From Balanoglossus misakiensis (taxonomy: Eukaryota > Animalia > Hemichordata): a DNA stretch of 64,000 nt. Numbering within the stretch: the stretch's first letter is position 1; the number at the start of each line of letters is the position of its first letter. The notes below the pieces were generated by a model, which saw only the letters and a program-made list of their open reading frames with translations, had not been told where the DNA came from and ran no database searches. Shown here in pieces: positions 1 to 12,000 of this stretch. The DNA lies in contig CM082583.2 in the NCBI GenBank assembly GCA_040954595.2, forward strand, positions 10,553,656 through 10,617,655, read 5' to 3'. The position numbers and the translations under genes are program-made.

Positions 1-3000
1 CAAAGGATACCGTTTCTACGCCAAACAAGCAGATAAAGTGGTAGATGGCACGCCCTGCGAACCAGGATCAGATGACATTTGCGTTAATGGACAGTGTAAG
101 GTAATTACAAGCAAGTAGCAAACCAAATACACCATCTATATCATGCATATCGATTCCCATCCAAATCTTGCCTATTGACATGTTAGGAAGTACATGTATA
201 TATATATATACAGACACGCATTGACGGCAGTCTTTTATTTAGTCTGTGGAATTTGTGGAGTTTGCACATTTTGGCAAAACACACCACAACTACCCATTAT
301 TGATGACAGCATGTACAAGTTAAGTCATTTCAAATTCCTCAAATAACTTACATTTCCCTTAAAATTGTTTAGAAGGGAGTACAATACCCTTTTAAACACT
401 GGTACTGTTTTTTATATACATGTGCAGCCAAATGTCTTGAAAAAGTACTTTTCCACGTCACTAAGGGTGTGTCAGATTAATTTATCTTTCATTGGTTTAC
501 ACTGCAGTACGTCTCACACCAAATATTAGGATTGTACCATAGATGGGTACGTGTGCACAAGAAGTGTGTAGTGAATGCTGTTAATTTTGTGGAATTTAAA
601 ACCTGCAGGGTGGTCGTGGAACATTATCAATGCATGCAAAGAGTGTGCAGCCAAAGATTAGGCAGCTCACTGTCTTTTTTACAAACTGGGTGGTTCAGAT
701 TAAGTGGACCAGGCACAAAAGTGATGCAAGGTGCTGAAATACTCCTATTGTGTTGTTGTCTATTCTGAAGAATAGAGGACTTCACACCCCTACTGTGCAG
801 ACATCAGTAGAATGTGATTGTGTTTGTATGAAGAAGCTGTACTTTAGAGACACTGGTACAGTGGTAGGGAGGGTGGCCATAAAATGTACATGCACAAATT
901 CAATCATCTTCAGCTGGCACTGGTAGCAAAATACTGTTTTGCAAATGTCCAAATTGCTACTCACTTCTAGACCCCAAAACTGGAACAAATTGGACCGGTA
1001 TAGTCGCACGAGCAGTTCATCTAAATAGAGTACTTCTTCGATGGGAGAATACCATATAGATGTGGTATCATGGGGAGATGAGCTCTGAACTCTAGTTTTG
1101 TTTGTCTTGGTGAAAAGCTGGATATAACTGCTCTTTGGGGGAGGGGCTGTGATATCAGCAAATACCTCCACAGCATTGTCAATTATGCAAATGTCATTTT
1201 AATGGCTTAAATCCCTGATAGGCCAAGATGTATGTTTTATATCCTATCCCAAGTCACAGTATTGTTTATCTTAAAATGCAGGTTTGTGTGTATGTAAAAC
1301 ACTGTATTGTTTTGCTATCACAATTTGAAGCAAAAGCTTTCAAAGACAAGATTAACCCTGATGGAGGTGTGGATTGGATGACATAACAGTGATTTCTTAT
1401 CAATTTATATACACAGTTTAAGAAAAAAAATGTAGCGTGTTACGCAACCAGCATCTTCATGGCATGCCGAATTGATTTTTGAAAGGATTGAAGAAAAAAG
1501 TTACAAATTATAGGCAAATCAAAATTTTTATGTCGAATTTCAGTATGTGATTTGTTCTGTTGCTGTACAAATGGACTACTTCACACTGAGAACACTGAAA
1601 TTGAAACAAAATATGTTCGGACTACATAATGTGTATTTGTCTGGCCATATTAATTCAGGACTCATAATTTACAATATGTGTCTAGTCTTTTGATAGAAAC
1701 TGCCTTGGATCTGCCTAATCACAGAGGAAACATACAAAAGTCTGCACAGGAAATTAGATAATAGTTCGGAAGACAGTTCTTGTTTTGGGCATGCATTGAT
1801 ACAGGAAGCTGCATACGTTGTCATCACTCTTCAGAGTAAATTAATTTCCATTTAATAGGAAACCGGTACTTTTGTCCAGATATGGAAGAAGTTTGTCTTT
1901 ACGTTGAGGGGGAAACGTGTATAGTTACAGCCACGTTTATTGGGTATAGTTATATAATTATTGTACTGAATCGAAAGACACAATAGATGCCATGTTAGTG
2001 AACTGTGCAGCCATTGTTGCGATCGGTTCCAAACTAATGCCTTCAAGTATGTAGCATTGATTTTATGTCAGGGCAAGATTTACAAGTGTCTCAGCCACTG
2101 TTAACAGTCTGACTTTGTGGCTTCACTGGGAACAGTTAGAGTAAACTGTTCATGAATACCCCCCCCCCCTTCCCTGAGGAACTTTGCACTATTGACATAT
2201 GTCCCGCCTTTTGTTGGAAGTGATGGGTAAATCATTGTCTAAAGTGACATCCCGTGGCATTTGCATGGCTAAGACGTGCAGTGGGAGTGTCCTCTCTGCA
2301 TACTCATTAACTATTCTTAGCATGCAAAGTTCCGTAATCAAGGGGGATTTTTTTTTCTTCTTTTTTGCGAACGCCCCCACTGAAAGCTGTCGGCTGATCA
2401 GTGCACCCATATTTTTTACCCGAGTGAAGCCTGCCTGTATATGCACATACATGTATATATAGTCGTCTTCCTGTGTATAATATGGTAGGAGTGTGACTTC
2501 TGGTCCAATTCTGAGTCATATCAGTCAGGCTGTATATAAGCCTCCGCTGCAGTTGGCAAACTTTCAACTTTGAAACAAGTTTAGGTGGTGCAGTAACTAT
2601 ACTTGAAGTACTTGACAACAAGCTGCCTGGGCATAACTAAGAGCCCATCTTCGATCAGTCTGCTGTAGTCATTCATCTTCCGCGAAGATCATCATCATCT
2701 GAGTTCCCAGTCAGTCTGAAGATCATGCATTTCCATATCTTACTTCTGATTCTCCTGGCCAACACGTCGTTGAGTTTTGCCTTTGGTCGGCATCGACATA
2801 GATTACTGGTAAGACTTCTATTTTTAATGACATCTTGTGTCCGTACATGCAAGCCATTCAAAGACTCCAGTCAGACATTTGAAAATATTGTACTTCGCAG
2901 ATTTATCAATGCACAGGACAAAATACTTTTGAACAAATCTCCGAGTATGAGAATAGGCCTTATCTGGAACTATTTAGAAGTCAACAAAGTTTATTTGGCA

Positions 3001-6000
3001 GTGTCTCTGTAGATAAGCATGCACGTAATTTGTAAAGGTCTCTAATTGGCATCAACCATTAATAATTGAACCATAGGTATCTCTATCTCAAAGTGCTGGT
3101 GTCTGCACAAATGATGTATAGATTGATGCCCAGTTCTACAAATAATAGTACCATTGAAATGTATTTGAAATATTCAAATTGGAATTGTAAACAGCATATA
3201 ATGTAACATTACGATGCAATTAAGACAGTTAATTAATGAAGTATACTTTTTTAAACTTAAAGGAAAGATTGCATAATTTTTGTGGTAGTCTCTTACAATG
3301 TTATCACATGTTTTCAGCTGGTATAAATTTGTGTATGGAAATGGAATGTTTTCCTGTAAGTAATTGAAAAGATCATGAAAGAAAAGAGGAGTTGATTTTA
3401 GTCCCTGTGGACAAAGTCTGGTTGTGGGACTAGTGGAGTGGACTCCAACTTTACATCTTCATTAGAAAGATTGTCAGAGGTCTTTTGCAGACACACTTCC
3501 ACCATCATTTCCTTCCATGTGTGCTAAATCTTCTGTATCCAGCCAAGACCGTGTCATTGGGAATGACTTGTTAAATTTAGTATAAAAAAAATAAGAAAGT
3601 GGTTATACCCAATTCAATACAACAAGATCAAATTTGGTATTTCACCATGTGAATTAAAACATGGAAATATCAGTTGATGCTCATTGAAACCACACCGGAA
3701 GTGCAAAGAAATGCCAGCATTTTGAATGCATTGGTTAATTAAATAAAAGTGGCTCAGGGTCTGTCTCCTTTTCTGTTGTGCGAACACAATGCCACCAATT
3801 ATGTCGTTTGCAGAAGACGATTCAACAGGTGGTAGATGGAGACATTTTGTCATTGTACTTCACGAAACTGGTGGCGAAAAGTTAGGCCAACTGTGGCACA
3901 ATTCTTTCTGGGGGGGCTAGGTGCCATGTCAAACTCTATCCGACTGTTGACTTTTTGACTTCTTCCATCGATAGATAGCAGAGATAGCATGAGATGACAA
4001 AACAAGCACATCATGATTGACTCAATCAGTATTGTGGATTCTCAGGTACTTCAGTGCAGCTTAATCACGCTTTTGAAGGTGACTTTATAATCTCTGGTAA
4101 ATGATGTTATCAGTATAGCAGTGCCAGTCACAGCTTGGTTTCTTGGGCCTAATCACCGAGACAGTGGGACAAGTCTCTTCTTTTTTTTCTCTGGTGTAAT
4201 TCGGTTGCGGAAAGACGTTATTAACACTTCTTTCACATGTGTATAAAATCAAGTAAAGTATCTGTGAACAACATGTAAAGGAATTGAAGTGGAAAGATGT
4301 GCTACCGGGTGATATCACATAGAGTTGTTGTTATTTGTTGCATTGTCAAAAAACAACAACGAATACCACAGAAAGTTTTATACCATGTGGTGGGATAATG
4401 ATTAGTGTATGTAAAGATTTAGTTCACACAGGTACAGGTAGACAGATTGAGATGAAAGAAAAAGATTTTTTTCGCAGTGAATCTGTGTTGAATTCTACAC
4501 ATTTTGGCAGGATCTGATATTTTGAATGTTTAGTGCCAATCTAAACGTACTTCAGTTGATCACGCATCACCACTATGGAAAGTACCTTTTGTACTGTACA
4601 GATTGAAGAAAATGACCTCTGGATGTCTGAGCTGTAAGTACTTTAAATAATTCCAAGACATGTCTTCCCCACAATTTGGTCGCTATAATCTTAATAAAGA
4701 CATTACCCTAAGTAGTTGCCAGAGATTTGGATGCTGGGGTTATTATAGTTAACATTGTCAGACCAGGGTTACATCAAATAACTATGCTCGGTCACACATA
4801 CATGTAATCGTAACACCTGGTAGGACTTTATCATTTATTTCATTACACTTATTTTGTAAAAAAGAATGTTTTAAAAGACTTGTGGTGTTACATGTACATG
4901 TATTTACACCATGTAGAATTGATTGATATATACATGGCTGCTGTGTCCAGAAAGTGACCTTCCTAGTGTGTTAATACCTTAATACTTTAAAAGGATTCTT
5001 ATAACAGTCTCACCTTTTTGATCTATTCATTCCTGTGGATAGGTGACTTCTGTCAATGAAGCTTGGAATAATGCACATCATGGAATAAGATGGAGAACAA
5101 AACGTAGTGGTGTGTCCTTCAAAATAACTATAGGCCGTAGAAAGAAACTACAGTAGAGGGCATTGTGTGAGAATTTTTTTGTATAAAGACAGTCTGTGTT
5201 TAAGAATAGATTATACACAGAGTGTCTTGGCATAGGGGTATTTGTCAAGCTAACATACAGCAACATCTTATTCAGGATATTTGTGAAAACGTCAGTTTGG
5301 ACGTCTTGACATGATTCATTGTTGACATCAGACAAGAAAGGGGTGGAAATGTCCAATGTTCTCTTAGAGTGGGTTCATGGACGCCCAGTTCTGCACATTT
5401 TCTCATGCACTGAGTGACAGAGATTAAGAGACATTTCTATATTCCTATTTGAAGCATAGAATTTTTACTGTGTGTGGAATTGAAAGAGGAGGTGTACTCT
5501 CAGTTGGGCACGCTAAAACAAAAGTTTGTTTGTTGTAATTAACGTGTAGTAATTTGTACATAGTATAGAATGAAGGATATCCAAGCTACCCCATCCATCC
5601 ACCACCACAAACACCACTGCTGTGAAAACCCTGAGAATTCTCCGCATTCCATGGTGGCTGGAGATGACGATAATTTGCTTAAAACCCAGCTTTACTCCAG
5701 GTGCTTATAATAGGATTTCTATGTTAAACCCCCTCCGCTTGAAAGCGGCAATGTACAGACGATGACATTTCAACCTTCAATCTCTTGTGATTAAGTGCAT
5801 TAAGGTTGGTGGTGTCTGTTTTTGTTTTCTCACAATCTCAATGGAAACCTTGGGTTCACTGGTTCAGCCGCAGCATAACACCGTTCTTATCGGTTCTGCG
5901 TAACGTCAATCATTGTTGTACATGTTGTGTGGTCGCGCACAGAAAAGTACATTTCAACAAAGATGAATCCACGTGCGTAAAATGTTAATCTTGGAAATCT

Positions 6001-9000
6001 GCACATGAATGATAGAAGCTAGTGCACCTGGTGTACGAGTTATCATGTTTTGACCACTCTAAACCTGACAGTTACTGTTAATACTGTTAATATATATTTG
6101 AGATGAAACCTTCCTAAACCAAACGTTGTCTAATCCCGAAATCTATTCTGAACACCTTTTAATTCATCTTCCAGACTGGCTGTATGGCTCGAATGTATCC
6201 AGTGTCTTGATTAAACCATGTCACAGGAAAGCATTACTCAAGTTTTGCCCATACAATTATAACATATTACCACTGTCAGGCGTGTATGTTTTTTTCAGTG
6301 TGGTATTTTAATATGCAGTGAAGCAGACAGTCATAAAACATTATTCTACTAGGGAGGCCTGAGGCTGGTGGTGGCTTGACTCGCATACATGCAACACAAT
6401 CCTTACTTGCATATTGCAAAAACATCTGAGCTGAAGAAATTACTTCTGCTTGATGGAAGTTGCATATGACCACCTGTGTTTCTTACGTGTGATCTCTTGT
6501 CGTAGTTCAGTGCGGGTCATATAGTGATCTACGTGGCAGCCCTAAACGTGTTTGAATTCTGAATTCAGGACTCTGCATGGAATTATTACTGATTAGTCAT
6601 CCATATGTGATGTCGTAAAATTTAAATCTGTTTCATGTTTGTTTTAGAAATTCTGTGCCACTGTCGATCAATTTGTGAAATACCAGATTCTGGAAAACTA
6701 TATGTTTGGTGTGTTCTAGAATTCCATCCCTGGTGGCCATAGCGAGTCTATTAAAATGGTTAAAGTCATTGACCTATGAGCTAAATCACTTCCTGAGCAC
6801 AGCTAAAATTTCTAGGCAATGATTGCTTGTTGCCACCGATATCAAGAAATAAAATTTGAACAGCACCAAGTTATTGCAAAGCTGTGACACATGGAATTCG
6901 CCTGAATTTTGTTTCTGAACTTTCTGAGTTTTTGAGTTGAGCGTTCTATTTTCAGTAACATGAGGCAAATTGCCAGCAACACAATTGAGCGACCACACAA
7001 TATCCAACTGCTACTGTTAACAGCACAATCGCAACGAACAAAAGAGTCTATTCTGTAATGCAGACGATTTATACCACGCTGTTAAGCAACATTCCACAAT
7101 GAAAAAAAAAAACCTTTGCTGTTTCAACAGTTTCCCACCAGAGATATCTGACAAGAATTGTTGATGAGAGCGCTGTTGTTTGATTTATTCACAGGTCTCT
7201 TTCAAAGCAAAGCAATAAAGTTTCTGATTTATTGAAAATGTGTGTAATTTCTCATGTAAGAAAGTAATTGGGTTCGAGAGCTGAAAAATGTTGACTGGGA
7301 AATACATTAGGTTGATGATTACTAACTTGCTCCCAAAAGGAACCAGTTTACCAATTGACTGTTTCAATGAATTTGCTGTATAGAACAATTTAACACTTTT
7401 GTGATCAAAACATGATGTTTGGGCTGAGACATAACGCTGATTGTCCAACTAAATAGCAAAGTGTAAATCTTAAAAGATCAAACACTAGTGAATTGACTTT
7501 CGACCATCTGCGGTATAATGTGTTCTTAGTAGAGATGTGTTCACTTGGAGAAAAACAAGTTTTAATCTAGTGTCAGCCAGCCAAGCAGACTTTCTGGTAA
7601 TTGATATGAAACAGACAGTGTTTTCTTGGAAGATTTGTATTGCCCTGTGTTTATATGATGGTGAAAAGTTTAGTTTAAAAGTGGGTGGTGAATGGCTGTT
7701 GGGTGTGGGAAAACGTCATTTCTGCATCTCCTGATAAATAAATTGAGCCATAGGAACAGACTTGTTTGCAGGAAGAGTTTGTTTTAAACCCATGATGAAT
7801 ATCAGACATAGACTGCATCAACATGTAGTCTGTACATGGTATCCTAGCAACCAATGTGACACACCCTGAATCAGCAGTCTCACCGCTGATGCAAAGAAAC
7901 TTATCCACGTGTTGAGTTGATGCTAAGAAATTTGTAGAAATTCTCAATCTTTCAACAATTCTCACTTGTGAAGTTGTGATAATGAATTATAAAACAACTT
8001 CATTGTATAAGAACACACTTCGGGAAGTGTTAGAGCAAATACAATCAATTGATCAATTATACATTACTGTTTAACCCATGAATTATAGAGTATGGATTCC
8101 GATAACCTGTACAGTGGGTATATGTGCATGCAGATGTGTGTACTCACTGTAAACTTCCATCTACATAGTCCAAACAGAACTTTTTTCCCTTCTGTAATGT
8201 AAAGATGAGTTAATGGACTTCTAAGTTCCTACCCGACCCGGCCTGATAGCTGAATGAGGTCGTTCACCTTTACAGATGGACTTGTGGCATTTTCCAATCG
8301 GCTAATGGCTTTATTCTCTTGACCAGTCAGTGTTAAGCAAGTGATAAACCCAGACCATTAAACGAATCAATTTGTGATAAATACAAATGTAGGTTCAATA
8401 TTTCTCTCACTCAGAATCACTGTAATGAAACTATGATAAACAAAGACTGGTGCTTGGTGTTTTTCACCCCAAAGTGTAAACAGTCATGAAGTCATTACTA
8501 CATGTATATAACAACTTTGTATAATCAGGCCAAATTTAGATACAGTTTCATATTTCAGCCACGCCCGTGTCTTCCCACACTTTGCCTGAATATCAACTTT
8601 ATCATTCTATACATCTGGTAAAAAATTCATGACTACTTTGTTTAGACTAGTAAGTTTTCTTCATTGTGTTTTTGGTCATATTTTTTTGGCTAAATGCCCA
8701 GTGGGATATCGACTTTATACAATGGCTTTCCAGCAATATTCTCACGGTGATAGCGATCAATTTCATCACTTTGTACTGTTGATAAGAGAATTCTATCTAT
8801 CATCAGTCCAGTTTCACTTTTAGCCATATGTTTAAATTATGGCCGAGCACTACAATCTTGTGAGTGTCTGGCCAATATAGTGTGTGTTTAAGACTGCCCA
8901 ACATGCACTGCATTCCCAGAAATCCACCCACAGAAGTGAACTCTCCAGTTTATCATCACGCTCATGTTTATTTGAGATTTAAACAGTGAGTGTTGTAAGT

Positions 9001-12000
9001 TTTAATTGGCCGATGATTATCTTCATGTGTCTTCCCATGTGTGTCATGAAGGTATGTTGATAGCAGTTACTGTAATTGAATATCTAATTAGACTCTTGGG
9101 GTGATAATGAGATTCCCTGTGGTTTAGAGAACTGGTGACAATGGGAAAATAACCCCAGTATCTACATCACTTTATCAACATCATTTGCCAGTAATGGTGC
9201 AAGTTTTCAAACATTGAAGACCGTGTACAACTTAGATTTGAACAAATGAATAATTCACAACTTGCAAGTTAAATATAGCTGCTGCCAAAAGTAGTTTGTT
9301 GTCTCATGGTTCTTTGTCACATGATCAGTGTTTCAAAAACAGCAGTACATTTCAAAATACAAAGTTTAAACACCACCATCTACAAGGTACATTGTACCTG
9401 TCATCCCTGACATTGTTTATTTCTCAAGAAGGTGGTCACTATGTAGGCTTCAAGCAATACCTCTCTCTAATTTCAACATGTTTCCGTTACACGATGTGGC
9501 TGTATAAAAACGCTTAAAAGGAACACCCAATCATTGTAAACATAAGACTGCTAAAATGTAGAAAATGCTACTGTGTCAGTGCTAAGACTCCAGGCATTTA
9601 TTTTGAAAAGGGAAGCCAGACATACACAAAGTGCTAAATGCCGAGGATTGGTGTGATTTTAAGAATCCTTTGTGACAGACGAATAACAGACATTTATATC
9701 AAACACTGTGGTGGATTTTAGCATTGAAGTTTCAGGTCTTTTTTTCTCAACAGTTTCTAAGCATCTGGCAAATTTCTAATTTTCCCATAGCAGTGCTGTT
9801 GTTGCTACTTCTATGGTTATCGCATGCAGAGTTGTCGGTGATTTTTCTAAAACTTGGGGTGCCTCTTTGAGGTATGGTACAAGAGAGAATTTGTGCAAAT
9901 ATTGCAATTTTTATAATGGGAATTTTATAGACTCAATCGACATTTGAGTGGCAATGTGACCTACCAGTACATGGATACATAGGGGTTATAATCTGACAAA
10001 TTGACAATGTGATATGAAATATTAGTGTTAATACCTTTTGATGAAGGATAAGACGTTATTTACAACAAGTGTCCACATGGCAGATTTTGCATGTCATCAA
10101 AAGACCAGTTGGAAAATGTATTGTCCTTGTACACAGATGAAATCCTGGATATAAACTGTTAGTGGCAAACCCTACTATCACGTGTGAAATGTGACACGTG
10201 TTTGACAGAATGTCTACAAATTGATGGAAATTAACACAGCTGTGTGATGTGTTTGCCTGTTTGCCAGACGGATACCACATTGTATGTGTCTGAAAGATGT
10301 CCATGAGTGGTGTGGTGCGGTGTACACCTTAATAGGAGAGAAACCCTGAAATTGATTGATTGATTGATTGATTGATCGACTGGATGGTTGGCTGGCTGGT
10401 TGAATGAATGAATGGTTGGTTGGTTGGTTGATCTTTCGGTTGGTTGACTGAAAAAAAAATGATGATGGGAGGGGGAGACGAGGAAGGGAGGGAGGGAGCA
10501 ACTTTAGTCTGCTACTAGTGTGTGCAATGGTTGACCAGTTAACAAGAAAATATATCAAGTAAATACAAACTAGGAAATATGACGTAAATCGGGATGGTTT
10601 AATGGATCTGAACCATTCTCTGGTCGTTACTAACACGATATGGTAAACACAAATCAGTGTCGGAACCATGAAATAATGAACTTTAGCCAGAGTAACCCTA
10701 CAGTGCAGCTTAGGAATAGCTTTCCAATTTGCTAACAACTTGCTGACACGGTGTTTATAATGAGCCAACACAGTGTTAGCCTGTGTGTTCCAAGTGTTAC
10801 AAAGGTGTGAATCTGTTGGCCCTGGCACTTGGCATTGTTCAGTGTTAGCATGTGCTACAAAGGTGTTAAACCTTGGCGCACCCTATTGTTTTGGCACACA
10901 GTGTTAGCCTGTGTGTTCCAAGTGTTACAAAGGTGTGAATCTGTTGGCCCTGGCACTTGGCATTGTTCAGTGTTAGCACCTTGGCGCACCCTATTGTTTT
11001 GGAACACCCCAGTTAAACACAAGCCCAATAGGTGCTAATTAGAGCGCCAATAGGGTGCCAACCCAGAGTTGACCCAGTGTTTAAACAGAGCTGACCCAGT
11101 GTTGGTGCAGTTGGAAAGCTATTCCTAAGCTGCACTGTATGGTCAAACATCACTGAGACTGAGAATTATGATGATGAATATCAGTAATCATTCATATTGT
11201 TGTGGTCTCTGTATGATTATTGTCAACTTTGACCCACATACACAGATAGACATGGTCAAGTCTAATATCTACAGTTGCAGTAGCCACTGGTGGATGGAAA
11301 TTGTCTGGAACAAGAATTTATAGCAAACATGGGAAAGGCACTCAACGTCCAAAAGTTACTGTCAAGTTATTTTTCATAATGGATTGAGCAAACATTATTA
11401 AAATAGTCACACGCAAAGCCTTTACCTGCAGTTCTTATTCAAGTAATTCGGTTTATGGGGAATGGTGATTGCTGTGTATAGATTTTAATGGCAAAGGTGC
11501 ATAAGAGTTCAGTTCACCTCACCATGCTAATCCATGCATTGTATTGTTGCACACAAACAATTAACTTATATCTAATTGATCAGTGTAGAGGAACTTTGAT
11601 GTCATCAGTGGCTCTGGCTAATGTGCATCTCTGACCTTAGAGCGTCCAATTTGTCTAACCCTTCACAATCAGCTTTCCTTCCGTCTATATACAGCTTTGA
11701 TGGGTATATGAATGAGCTTTAGTGTACAAGGTATTGCTTTAAAAGCCTTTCATAAACACAGCCACTGCCCAGAGGAAGGATCTTACAGTGTATGCTTTCA
11801 ATGCAGTCAGGTTGAAGTCTGCATGGTCATATATTTTTAGTTCCCACGGAAGCAAATCTTTGGTCGATATCATCATCATGTAAAGAAAATAAAACCTTGA
11901 TTCTGCTTTAAATAATAAAAAACATGTCATTGTTCACAACTGTATTATAATACAAAGATGTACATTTGTACAATGTACATGTAGCTACACCAATCATCCT

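Noticed and set aside
3335-3355. ATG-to-donor mini-unit MEMECFP|GTAAGT in phase 0 as a further alternative first exon
   Set aside because: Only 7 codons, with no signal peptide or promoter support. Expected by chance in 15 kb.
4013-4045. [11 protein letters not shown]|GTACTT phase-0 unit
   Set aside because: No hydrophobic leader, several upstream ATGs and a weak donor.
8629-8649. MTTLFRL|GTAAGT phase-0 unit
   Set aside because: Too short for a signal peptide. It cannot be distinguished from chance without transcript data.
10214-11038. 204-aa minus and 69-aa plus ORFs
   Set aside because: They are translations of the MITE, its internal duplication and a microsatellite, with no transposase motifs.
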